The position numbers and the translations under genes are program-made. Shown in pieces: positions 1 through 12,240 of a stretch of DNA of 64,000 nt. Numbering within the stretch: the stretch's first letter is position 1; each line of letters opens with the position of its first letter. This stretch comes from Psammoneis japonica (Eukaryota), in contig QPGO01000008.1 of assembly GCA_008632985.1 (NCBI GenBank), forward strand, positions 662,979 to 726,978, in the 5' to 3' direction. The notes under the pieces are model-generated. The model ran no database searches. It saw only the letters and a program-made list of their open reading frames with translations, and was not told the origin of the DNA.

Positions 1-90
1 CCGCGGCGAGGCGTTTTCCCAACGAACTTTGGAACTTGCAAAAGCTGCTTTTGATTGCGCATTCCTCTTGTGTTTTCTTCTTGTTCCCCA

Positions 91-900
91 ATGATGTCTC
101 CATCAATAAGTCCCGGTGATAGAGACCATCCTCTTGAAGTTGGTGTGGTATTTGAATCGGTGACGAATAGCAAGGGGTGTGCTCACGAGTTCCGACTCGA
201 CAAGCTCGCAATGTACCTTGACGGAACAACTTCTGCTGGTTCTGCAATGAATCGACACGACCAATGTCTTGAATGTCGAAGAAACATTTCCATGGTCTGT
301 GATAAGGTTGTTGCTGCGTCGTCCGCCAGCGAAAGCATCAGAGTAGTTTCGTTTCGATACGGGAAGCAAGTGTACCGACTCGCCGTGGATGACAGTAACA
401 AGTGGTGGTGGCAGCGTGGGGGGATGACGGCACAAGCTAGAATAGCGGATTCCCTGAGAATGAATGCAAAGAGTGGTATGAAGGTGAGATTTTTTCTCCT
501 TTTCTCCCCCCCCCCCCCTTGGATCCTTTGCCACATCCATCATTCTTCACTTTGCTCCTTTCTTGATTTGCTCGGTTAGATTCTCTGCAAAGGGAAGGTC
601 ATTTATCCTGCTGCAAGCGGATCATATCAAGAAGTATCTAACAAAATATTGGAAATATGTCAGATGGATTGGAGTATGTCTAAGAAGCCCTCTTTGGTTG
701 TCATGGGCACCAGGTCTGGACAAGAAGTTCGAGAGCAGTCGAATGTTTTCAAGATGGTTTATCAGGTCTCGGTTCATGTAGCTCAGTGGAGTTTCGCTGT
801 GGCGCTCCACATAACTCAAAGCGCTTTTGAAATCATGTTATGGCCATTGAGATCGGCGGGATATCTCGCCCCATCACGCAGAGAAGGAAGAGAAGAATGA
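91..900 (+). CDS. Hypothetical protein, two exons (91-483, 580-900), possible ubiquitin-like C-terminal region
   Basis: ORF 55-579 splices in frame to ORF 649-900 via a GTGAG...TTAG intron at 484-579. The junction reads SGMK|ILCKGKVIYP, reminiscent of the Ubl KLIxKGK motif. Confidence 0.6.
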
Positions 901-1189
901 GAAGTTAATGCTCTCGTGCTTACCGTAGATTGCAATCTCTTTCGCCCTTCCGCACGTGATATTGCGGTTTCCTTTATGCCTTTGGTCTACCGGTCTACCA
1001 TTACGATATTTGTTCTCTCTAGAGAGAGTGCTAATGAGCAGTTTGTAGTTAGCTTTTCCTGCAGAGCTGCTCTCTAGAGTCCTAACTTGAGAGTCTCTCA
1101 GCTTCTTCGATCAGTGCTCTAGCTACTTCTACGAGCGGCTGTGACAAGCATCAGTTACAACTCATCTTGGAGATGGCTGCGCAGAATAT

Positions 1190-3285
1190 TTCAATTCCAC
1201 GGTGCTTCTGTGACTAAACAAGGGTGACCTGCACACTGCTGCTGACAGAGACTGCATGCGTCAGTGTTGTTGCGGAGAACTTTTGCCCACAAAGCAGAGT
1301 CCCTGATGGGACAATTGATTTGCCTGCAACAGAAAGGCCATGCAACAATCAATCACCCCCTGGCATTGCTTTGAGCAGGACATCCCTGTCCTCTGTTGTC
1401 TGATGCTGCTCTCCAGCCTCCTCATTCTTGAACCAATCAAAGAGTCAAATGCCATCATCAGTGCTGATTGCACTTGTGTGGCATGAAGTTCACACATGTT
1501 CTGAGCCTGAAATTTGTCAGGCTTCTTGAAGCCAATGAACAATCCATGTTTTCCAACACTGCAGCCCTTGCATTTGATGCTCGCATTTGCTTTGTCAACA
1601 CAGCCATTGACAGAGAGTGCAGCGCTCTGATCAATGGTCTCCCTGGAAAGGTGGGAGGTCATGTGCTGTCTGGCAGGTGCTTCATTGACCAGGAAACACT
1701 GCAACAACAAAGAGCCCATGCTGCACAACTGTGATTGGGTTGAAATGGAAGTGTGACAATGCATGTGAAGAAACTCAGAATTGGTGGTGGAGCCATCTTT
1801 CTGAAGCCACCAGAGCCTGCCATTTTGTGGGGCAGTTGACAAAGAGCTCCGCACAAAAGAAATTGTGATGAATTTTGGAGCTTCTGCAGGGCTGGGCCTT
1901 GCATGGCAATCAGAGAACAACAAGACAATCTTTTGGACATGTCAGCAAAATGATCAAGAATGCCAACAACAACCTGCTGTCAAGAGGGCTCCCATCTTTT
2001 GATGGGGCAATCTTGTCAACTTGGCTGGCTGCACACCAGCATGCTGCAGAGAGACAGAAAAGCTGTTCCTGGGGCAGCCTGGATGTCAGCAGATCTGCAT
2101 CTGTGCACAGGCAAACATGAAGACAAGAGCAAGAAACAGCCTCCTCAAACATGTCAGCAAACTCCTTTTGAGAAGCAGCGCAAAAAGGCGCGCTGCTTGG
2201 CAAGATGGCTTTGATGCAAAAAAGCCAGGGATCTGCACTGAAGCTGACAGTGGATGGCTTCATGGGAAAGCAAGGGAGAGCACACAAAGAATCACCCTGA
2301 CATGCTGTGACAAAAAGAGATTGGAGAGATTTTTTTCAGCAGAGTCTGCTTGGTCATGAGTTTGGGTCATTTTTGTGCAGCGCAACAGCAGCCAGTTGTG
2401 AAGCACTGCTGTCGCTTCAGCAACAACACTCACAAAAGGTCAGAGAACCCAGCTCTGCAGCAGTTTTTTTTTTGCAGTGGGGGGCAAGGCAACAACAACA
2501 ACCACCGTGGAAGCCCGCAGGAACACAAAGCAGTGGCGCAGCAGATGTGGCAACATGGGGCCAAGAAACATGCGCGCTGTGGTGTTTGGCATTTTTTCGA
2601 CATTGTCCTTTGCTCCCAGCAATGATGACAACAATGCCAGTGCAGTGCCAAGCACTCCAGAGAGTCTGCCGGGGTGTGCAACATCAAGCACCCCTCCCTG
2701 GCAGCAGCTGCAGCCCCCCGAGCATCGTCATGAGTTGAGATGTGGTGTGGCTTGTTGAGAGTCTGAAAAGAAGGTGCTTCTTGCAGCAACAATGTCAAGA
2801 AAAGCAGTTGCCAACAAAACCTTCCCAGTGGACTAAAAGCAGCACATTCTGAGCTGCTCAAATGGGTGGGTCACACCCTCTCCCTCTCTCTGGCGGTGTG
2901 CGGAAAAAAAAGAGCTCTCTCCACAGCACACGGCAGCGACCACCCAGGTTGTGGCTGCCAGCATGAGCAAGCTTTGAAAACAGAAGGTGGTCATGGCCAC
3001 CAACAGCATCTTTTGTGCTCCCATCACCAGAGCAGCCATTGCTGGTTTTTTGCGCATCTTGCTCGCCCCGTTCGTCATGGTGGCTGGGCAAGGCGGGCAA
3101 AAAAAAGTGGCGCACTTCTTGTGCTCAGCTTGTGTGTGTGATCACTTTCTCTGCCTCCTCTTGTCATTCAGAGACACACATGTTTGATGCATGTGCGTCA
3201 TCAAAGCTTTCCAGCAATTCTTCATCCAAAAGATGTGTGCAGTTGGCTGTTTGAGGCTTTGTGTGAGATGTGTGCAGGACACTCA
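1190..3285. other. TpA/CpG-depleted, TpG/CpA-enriched domain 1 (degenerate element or gene relics)
   Basis: Only two TpA seen in ~2.1 kb (1215 and 2834, both TAA). ORFs lack Tyr (e.g. 1261-1923, 220 aa, no Y) and are rich in C/H/Q. Flanks have normal TA/CG content. Confidence 0.9.
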
Positions 3286-3600
3286 TCTATCTTCCGCACG
3301 ACGTCAAGACAACGAAGTGGAATTGTCCGTCCGCGAATCTTGCAGAGGTCTCACCACGTGCTTACCTATAGGTTTTGTATAGATAATAGAGAGTACGCTA
3401 TCGGTACGTACCGGCAAGGCCTTTCGGCATAACGCGGATTCCAGATTTTTCGGATTTGGCGTTCGCATCTCGCATCATCAGCTGACTGCCATCACAGCGT
3501 ACTGTAGTCACAAAAAGAAGACAAAACTACGGAGGCGTGTGTGTCGATCATCTCTATCATAGAGCTTCTTTCAGCCATCGTTATTGATTCGTTTGCCATT

Positions 3601-4580
3601 ATGAAACTGCTTCTTTCCCTTGCTTTGTCGGTTGTCTGTGCTTCGGCTTTCTCTCCTCTTGCTGGTCAATCGACTTCTCGAGTTGCGTTGAAGAGTACGT
3701 AACATGATTCGCATTTGAAACTTTTCTCTCGCCCGAATGATCTAACGCATTCCTCCACTGAATTCTCTTCATACGGTTACAGTGGCATACGTTCCAGATG
3801 GAATGACGCCCCAGCAATGGAACAAGCTCAAGAACAAGGAGAAACAGGACAGGAACAAGAAGAACTGTACGTTGGATCTTTGTGTTTGTCTTGTCCCAAC
3901 CTTATGTCATCCCTCCCACTTAGTTTTGTTTCTATTTCTATAACTGCAGTTGCAGCCGTTGGTCCACAGTCTTTTAAATCTCGTTCCCTTCAGTCTTTCC
4001 AGGTGAGAGAGAACCAAGAATTCTTCTCGTGCGTGTGCCAAGGCTACTAACTCTCCCGCGCTAAAAATGCTTCTCTTGTCCTCTCTGCAAAATGAATTTC
4101 AGGAAGATATGGAAAAGGGGAAGGCCAGTCACTTGATGCCAGTCATGTTTGCGAAAGACAGGGTCAATAAGGGAGAACTTAAACAAGAAGACATCCCTTA
4201 CATGCAGAGGTAAGTAGGAGAACCCCACTTTTCTACTGTACGCCGAAGGGCGGAGCACGGTCCTGACTTGCTGCCTCGCCGTTTCTCTTGCTTGCATTAT
4301 AGGCTTGGTTCTTGGGATAACAGCGACGTGAAAGGCGCCAAAAAGACGGTAAGTGTCATTCTGACCTTTTCGTTCTCCTCGACCCGCATCGACCGCCGTA
4401 TTAATACTAATTTTCGCTGCCCATTGCTTCATCGTTTCCCAGAAATGGAATAAAACAGATGAAAAATACGAGAAGGGATTAGGTCATTTTGCAACCATGA
4501 CGGATAAGACAGCAAAGAAACCCTCCCAGAACCAAGGAAAGCCTGAGAAGAAGGGATTCTTTGGTGGCCTGTTTCCTTAA
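3601..4580 (+). CDS. Plastid-targeted hypothetical protein, 6 exons (3601-3694, 3783-3866, 3950-4002, 4103-4209, 4303-4348, 4443-4580)
   Basis: Begins with MKLLLSLALSVVCASAF-SP (signal peptide plus ASAFAP-type motif). Five GT-AG introns join in frame to AYVPDGMTPQQW...FKSRSLQSFQ...HLMPV...GSWDNSD...KKGFFGGLFP*. Confidence 0.8.
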
Positions 4581-4938
4581 AATTGTCTGTATAAGAGAAA
4601 GCAAGGAGACGAGTCAAGCTAACATTACACTTCTAACGAGGAAGTCGTCAACTTGCGAGAGGCGAAGCGCAGCTGAAGCTTTCACATTGTAGATATGAAT
4701 AGGGGGGCTTTAGAAAGTAGCAAAACAACACCAAAGCAAACTGCAAATAAACTGAAGAAGGCAAACACAAGGACAAGGACCAATGAAAATATATATTATA
4801 TTAGCGTATGGATATTAATGTATATCAGTTTTCATATATATCAGTTTTCATAGAGTATGCATGATTATATCAAATATTTTAACTTTCAGATTTGCGTAAT
4901 TCAACAGGAAAAGCCTCGTGTGCCTACCGATAGTACCG

Positions 4939-4954
4939 TACCGTAGGGCCCTAC
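4939..4954. promoter_or_regulatory. Palindromic TACCG(G)TAGGGCCCTA-type motif upstream of the lipase gene
   Basis: GTAGGGCCCTAC perfect palindrome at 4943-4954. Related motifs occur at 7186-7205 and 40266-40283. Regulatory function is inferred only. Confidence 0.3.
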
Positions 4955-5073
4955 AGTACCTGTTTTGATGTTGGATGTTCCTTCTCTGCATTCAGCCTCA
5001 CATCACAATGGGACGGTAAAGTCGTTGCAGTGCGGACGCAGACTCAGAGTCCGTGCCCACTTCTGATATTGCA

Positions 5074-6723
5074 ATGCCGCTACCGGTGGCATTAGGACCC
5101 GCTGCTGTGGGTGTGAAACATGCCGTTCTTCATGCGGCTAGTGTTTCGGATCTTTCTTATCTCTCGTCAGCGTCTCTTGCAGCGGTATTGGCGAGAATGG
5201 CTTGGAATCGTGTGCCTGATTGGATAAAAGAAGATGTAGCATTTCGAAGTGTAAAAAATGGAGAGGCAAAAGAAATGGAAAGGCTGTCCTCTGTTATTGA
5301 AAAACTTCAGGCTTTAGCTGATGTGGGTTCTTCGAAACTCGCGAAGCCGGTTCCCTATTTGCATGCTGCGATTTTGGCCTACGTGCAACTGTCGGCTCAG
5401 CTCAAGCTGTCGGGATCAGAGTTTCGAGACAAAACATACCAGGAATTCGGTGGAGAATACACGAAAGAAGAACTCTTGGAAATTAGGCAAGCTTTAGATT
5501 ACGCCACATGGGCGTACTACGTCGACGACAAAAAACTATTAGCTGGTTACCTGGAGGAGGTTGGGTTTAGCTTGCTCCACAATTCACTTCCGTCAAGACC
5601 TGGATACGTTGGCCATTACGTGGCCACATCACTCGATGAAAAGATGTTGCTTATTGGCGTGAAAGGAACATCTTCTCTGGAGGATCTGCTGACGGATTGT
5701 TGTGGCAGAGCTGTCGCCTATGACAGTGGTCTTTCGCGCGATGTGACTCGCATAGAAGTACGTGCCCGAGTCCCAGAGGTGGTTTCAGCCTCCGAAGATA
5801 CAGTAGAGGTCGCAAGTGGGCACGAAAGAATATGGGTGGAGTATGGGGAAGATCTACACATTCGCTGTCACGAGGGAATTGCCGTTGCAGCTAAAAGGCT
5901 GGCAGACGAGGTGCAGCATCATGTGCAGCGAGCGGTTTTAGAGTCTGGTTATAAGCTTGCTATTGTCGGGCATTCTCTTGGGGCGGGAGCGGCCAGTCTA
6001 TTGGCGCTCATTCTGCGGTCGCGTTTGCCAGAGTTGTCTGATCAAAGTATGCAAGTTTATGCAATTGCACCACCACCTGTGTTGGACCATGATACGGCGG
6101 CGGCGTCTGCACCCTTTATAACATCTGTTGTCAACAACTCCGACATCATCCCCAGATCTAGCCTCGCGAATCTTGCCGCCTTCTTAGAGTTTTTGCGGTC
6201 GGTCTCGCTTCGTCTCAAAGAGCTGGGGTTGAACCCAGGCGGCCCGCGGTCTACCGCGGCATTCCTGCAAAAGCTGTCTCAGGGAACCGAGGGAGAATCT
6301 ATCATGTCATTAGAAGAAGTCATGCGTGCAATGGGGAAGGCACACGAGAAAGTAGAGTTGATTGACCCAGTGAGTGACACAATGCAAAGCTTCGCATGTA
6401 TTTCGACTGACTATTCTCCATCTCACCTGCTTTGAATTCGTTCTTACTCTTACTTTTGTTGGTTCCATAAGGATCATTTGTATATCCCGGGACGGGTTTT
6501 TCTCATGTACGAAAGCTGGAATTCACAACGCCCTGTTGATAAAAGCTCGACCAATGGAATTGCTAGTGGTAATTTTTGTTGTACAACTTCTTTCGGAACA
6601 GCTACACCATTCCGAACGTTCGAGATTGATGGTTACCGTATGATGTCCGACCATATTACGGCCTCCTATTATCATGCACTTGATGAATTGATTCAGAAAT
6701 TATCTCCTGAGGACCCTACTTAG
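5074..6723 (+). CDS. Class 3 lipase (DAG-lipase-like), exons 5074-6369 and 6472-6723
   Basis: Motifs GVKGTSS..D..TD, CHEG, VGHSLGAG (nucleophile), VNNSDIIPR, LYIPG and SDH. GT-AG intron at 6370-6471. Confidence 0.9.
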
Positions 6724-7293
6724 AGTAGTCTCTCCTCACTTGTTTGCCAGCAGACACAACTGCATGCGAGAATTAGACTCATTCTTGCCGCTTGAATAGT
6801 CGGTTATCATGTGGAAGCACCGCTAGGGGAGAAATGCAGGGCTTGAGCACGTACGTGTGACTCTTGAACGAAGCTGTGGTGAAGGTGAACTCTCAGTAGT
6901 GCACTCTGGAGGCCTAGCTAGTCTGCCAGTGATCAAGATTGCCCAACATCACCCTTATTGACAATACTTGGTGCACAAGTGTACTAAATGTACGTTACCA
7001 TACGTCTCCTGTAGGGTATACTCTCTAGCTTCTGAACCCTGTAGAGAGAGGAGGGTGCTGCATCAATGTTGCATTTTTAAAACGATGTGGTCTCATCCAT
7101 AGTTTTCGAACTTGGGTTAGTGACATGGTGGGCCCCTCACTAGCAGTAGTTAGTAAGGCCCTCTACTCTTAGCTTAGCAGTAGAGTACCGGTAGGTGCCC
7201 TACCGTGCGTACTGTACAATACAAGGAAATAATGACCAATTTATCTGCGACCAAGACTCAATCGAGACTGGCAGACTGGCAACCTCGAATTGG

Positions 7294-7900
7294 ATGTCAG
7301 AAGAAAACAATGATCAACAGTGCAATGACGACGACGACGATGACCACAACCACAAAAGCCAGGACACCGCAGATGCCAAAACCTCGAGAAACACGTCCTC
7401 TGATGGGACAAGCTTTTCATGACTAAGATTTAGATGCAGCCAGACTTCACAGCACAGCACTCTTTGTCTGGATCCATGACTCTCCCGCACCCTTGCTCCC
7501 ATTTTTGACAATGCCTTTTAGAGACAAATGTTGAATGCACAGACAACAAGTGACGCTTTTTAGTGGAGGGCCTCTTTTGCAAATGATGGGTTGTGCATGG
7601 GTTTAAAACACCCAGTGCTTCAGAGTCTGTTGTGTGCAATGTCAACCCCCAGAGCTGCAGTCTTTTGCAAGTGACAAACTTTGAACCACCAGCTCTTGGT
7701 TGATGCTGCAAGTTTGCAGTGCTTCTCTGCCCACAGCTCTTCACAGCACATCTCTGATGGGGCCTGCAGCAAAGAATCAGTGCAAGTCTGGCACACCCTG
7801 CCAAGATCTTCCCAACTTGTGCAATTTTGAGACTGCACACTTGATGGCCACCTCTTCAGACTTGAGCATCCTCTTGCCCTGCTTGTCAAGGATTGAGAGT
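7294..7900 (+). pseudogene. Gene relic running from unmutated sequence into the hypermutated domain
   Basis: An ATG-started acidic N-terminus (MSEENNDQQCNDDDDDD) ends at TGA 7420. A protein-like frame from 7434 to ~7900 is interrupted only by TGA codons (expected from CGA) and contains no Tyr. Confidence 0.4.
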
Positions 7901-7906
7901 GCTCTT

Positions 7907-7930
7907 TGTGTGTGTGTGTGTGTGTGTGTG
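7907..7930 (+). repeat. (TG)12 microsatellite
   Basis: Direct reading of the sequence. Confidence 0.9.
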
Positions 7931-10900
7931 CAGTGGAAACAAGAGCTGCTTTTTTGTGAAGTGAGTGACCCCTGTCATTGCATGGTCTGCCATTCAGTGC
8001 CAAAAAAGCAAGGCTGCTGAGGATGCACTGTGTGCTGCATTTGCCACCATTGACAGCTGGCTTGAAGAGCCAGGAGATTTTTTGCCAACATGGCAAGTGC
8101 TTGTGATGGTGAAGCCCTTGAGTGTCATTCATTTGATGGTGCACCATTTCTCTTGCCAAGCACTTGTTTCTTTGTTGGTTTTTTCATCTGCGGCATTGCC
8201 CTGATCCAGCCACAAACTTCAAGAAGAGCAGTGAAAAATTTCCTTTAAGAAGCCCTTTCACTGACATGAGAAGAGAGAAACCCCAACAACCTCAAATGAC
8301 AGTGTTCTGCAGCATTGCTTTGTGCTCACTTTTGTCGTTTTGCTGTCATTCCACTCAGCACTGAAGGGAAAAAATGCAAAAATGGCGGGCATTGTCACCC
8401 AGTTTGTTGGTGGCTTGAATGTGACAGCTCAGCTGCTGTTTTGGAAAGAGTGCAGGTTTGTGTGACAATGCATTGTTTGGAAACCAGCCCAGCCAAGGGA
8501 CAGTTTTCTGCTGGAATTTGTGAATGATCAAAGCCATGTGGCACCACAGCACTGGCACCTTCAAGAACTTGGTCAACCTTGACGAGTGGCTGGGCATGAC
8601 AAAGTTGGCTCACATGCTGGACACCAGCAGCGCAAAAGATCAAGCTGGCTTGTGCATGAAATGAGCTCCCAGTGTCCAAATGAGCACATTGTTCATCTGT
8701 TGTGAAGCTGGCTGCATTGACTTGAAAAGAGCAGTGCTGAGTGCCCAACAGAAAAATGTCAAGCACGTGCAAAGGTGGGTTTAGAGAAATGCAGACAGGA
8801 GTTGATTGCCACAAACCCATCGCCATCTCTGAGCTCATTGCTGCCAGACTTGGAAAAATCATCTGAGGCATCACTGTGGCAGGCATTTTCAACCCTCTCC
8901 TGCATGTGTTGGTGCTGGAAGAGCAGGTGATCATTGCTGGGAACAGCAGTGACATCTGGTGGCAATTCCAAAGCTGGAAAAGGTTGGATGAGATCAAAGT
9001 CAGCCACAAAGAGGAAGAGATGTTGCAGCAAAGAAACTGGAAGGCCCTCTTTTACAGTCACCCTGCTGGCATTTGTTTTGTCTTGATGAAAAGAAAACAG
9101 GCTGCACTGCAGGTCTGAAACAAACTGTGCAACAGCTTGATTGAAAATCTGAGCTCAGGGGAAAATGGACTCAAAAGGTGCAGATTCTTTGAGCCAAAAG
9201 CAAACATCCTCTTCAAGGTGTCCTTGGAATTTTAGAGCATTTGCCATGACAACTCTTCTGCGGGAGTTCTTTGGACATGGACATGATCATGTCAGAGTGC
9301 GCATCACCATGATCAAGGTGGCCTGTCTCACAGTGAATTTTGACCCTCTTCACAGGTGAAATTTTCACACCATGACAACCAGTTGTGTGCATGGCAAAAA
9401 TTTGTCAACCGTGACAGATGAGTTTTTCCTTGTGAGAGTGCCCAGCCACCCTCCATCCCTGCAAAACCTGTGTTGTCAATGTGATGCTTTGTTTCATTGC
9501 TCAACTTCAATTTCAACAATTCAACGCATGCGGCATGGTGTGCACAACAGTTGTCATCAGTGACCGCCAATTTGGTGCTTTGCCATGTGCTGCATTTGAT
9601 TTTTGCAATTGGATGGGCCACATCAAGGTGCGCCATTCCTTTGCCAGACTGCTGTTGTGTTTTGTGCCAGCTCATCTTTGCTTGAGCTGTCTTCTTCCTC
9701 ATGGTCTTTTCCTTTTTCCTCTTCCAAGTCATTCTCATCATTGCCAGAAAGCTCCAGAGCATTGCCAGCATTTTTGCCACCCTCTGCACTGGCTTTTTTT
9801 GTGATTGTGGCACTCTTGCCCTTTTCATTGCTTGGTTTCTTCTTGCCATTGCTGTGCCCCATGTTGAGCTGCACACCTGGCTCACTTCTTGATCTGTCTT
9901 CCTCAACATCTCAGCATTGCAGAGCTTGTTGAATTCCTCTGTTCCTGCATCTCCCCACAAGTTGCACTGTTTTGTGGGGTTGGTGTGAGCAGGCACAGGG
10001 TTTTTTTGTTTCCTTTTCCCCCCTCATTTGCAGCTCCCTGCTGGATTTTCTTCTCCTTCGCTGCCTTGCATTTCCAAATTTTCCAGCAGTTTTCCAACGT
10101 TGACAGCCCCATGACCTCATTGCTTGCTGCAGCCATCTCTGTGGCCTTGCTGTTTCCCAACTCCAATTTCCTCTTTTTCCATGCCACAGTGCTCTTGGAG
10201 AATTTTGGCACATTGTTGCAGAACCAAGAGCACGCTTTCTTGTTGGTCTGCTCTTCACTCACAATGGTTTCCACAAGCTTGTCCTGTCAAATTGGCATGA
10301 GTGGTTCTTCAATGGGCCTCATGTCCTTCTTTCTCTTTTTTGTTTTGTTTTGTTTTGTTTGGCTTGTCCTCTTGCCATTGATGGGCTCCCACCACCCTGG
10401 TTTCACCCACACATTTCCTGAGCTTGTTCTGTTGTCAGCACAACTTGTGCAAATGAGTGCTGTGTTGGCAGCATCATCTTCAAACACCTTTTGGCAACAT
10501 TTTCTGCACAACTTGCTGCTCATTGCATTCTTCATTGTCACTTGGGTGACGGCATTCCTTTTTGCGCTGACTGCATTTGGGGCACACTTTTTTGCCCAGT
10601 CTTCCCATGTCCCCCCCAGTCTTGCTTGCTGAATTTGCCACTGGCTGTGTTCTTGCACATCAGGCATGACACCTTTCCACCACTCAACACGTCTGCCTCA
10701 GTGAGGAATTTTGCTTTAAGAAAGAGTTCTCATCTCTGAGCCACCTCTTCAACTTTCATTGGTGTCCTCCACTTGCTTCTGTCCACTCTCATGATGCCTC
10801 TCTAACCTTGGGCTGAGTGGCCCTTTTCTCAGGCTTGTCCTTCCTTTGCTTCAGCAGCATTCTTGGCATGCTGGTTTTGCAGGTTCTAAGTTGTTGATGA

Positions 10901-12024
10901 CTTTTGTTGCAGCAAATGGGTTGCAGGTCTTGTCAAAACTGCCTGCCATTTTCATCTTAATTCAAACCACTTTTTTCCCTGAATTTGTGAAGTTTCAAGA
11001 TTGAATGTTCAGCTCAATCACACCACTCAACTGCCTGAAAACATGCAAAATTAATCAAATTACACACACGTGAGCATTTTGAACCACAAAAGCACTCATT
11101 TGTCAATGAGTTCAATGCACACATGTTTCCTGCCACAGCTGATTTCTTGCGTCATGTCTCACTGACATCATGCCACTGGGGAGTTGCTTCTGTTTAAAGA
11201 GCAGCTGTGGCTGAGATGGCTCATTGTGCTCCCTGTGCATCACACACAGAGTCTCAGTTGGAGCTTGCATGTCATGCAGTTGCACCCACACTGCTTGCTT
11301 TTTGCTGTCTCCAGTGATGGCAATTTTTTTTTGTGCCACAGTGGTGGACATGGGTTCTTTTTTGCACATGTGGGCTCCAGCTCTTCTCTTCTGTTTTCAT
11401 GTTGTTTTCTTCTTCTTTCAGCAACCTCTCACAGCCAAGTTAAAAACTTCCCTTCCACCAACAGATGCATCAGTTTCTCTGAAGCCTTGCATGACCTCTC
11501 AGCCTGTGTGTTTCTGTTGAGAAAAATGCACCTTTTCTGCTTGATGATGTCCATGAGCTCTGTCAGTCAAACAAAGGGCCCTTGGTCCTGGAGATCAGTG
11601 TGAGCAGCTCATCCTTTGCTGGCACCTTGATGTCCTCCATGTCTGTGCACATGCACCACTTTAGTGCACACTGCAAAGGCACCACAGATCGGAGGTCCCA
11701 CAGCTTCACAGGTGCAGCTGCAGTGTCCACAATGTGTGTTGCCAATGTGAGAACAATTGCCACAATTCCCCTTTGCCAGAACCAAATTGTTCACCACATT
11801 CTCTGTTGCCCCAAACTTGATGAGGCAGCAAAGAACATGCTTTTCCCACAGATGCTTGTGTGCTTTGTCCTTGTGCAGGTGAGCTCTCTGTGCCACCAAT
11901 TTGTCTGGGTTCAGATCATGGCACAAGTGATCTGGAAAGCTCGCGTGGCATGTTTTGCACAGCAGTCTCAAGACCAAAATGTGTGCCACAAATGGTCACA
12001 TCCCCAACCACCAGAGCTGTGCTG

Positions 12025-12240
12025 TCTCCCTTGCTTTCCACTTGCTCATGTGCCAAGTGAAAAATTGACGGCACAGTGTGAGATGCTCAAATTGTCTGGC
12101 AAACCCAGAACTGGATGATGAGTGCAAATCTTTTCATCCTGCATTGCTTCTCCCCTTGCTTTCCACTCATTTGTGCTCCAATTGAAAAATTGATGGCACA
12201 GTGTGAGACAATCAAATCATCTGGCAAACCCAAAATTGAA
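12025..12240. repeat. Diverged direct duplication, ~90 bp unit, ~125 bp spacing
   Basis: TTGCTTTCCAC...TGAAAAATTGA.GGCACAGTGTGAGA...TCAAAT..TCTGGCAAACCCA starts at both 12031 and 12156. Confidence 0.9.

Noticed and set aside
1140..3300. LTRs, TIRs or target-site duplications delimiting the depleted domains
   Set aside because: None could be identified by eye. Mutation may have erased them, so element ends are not called.
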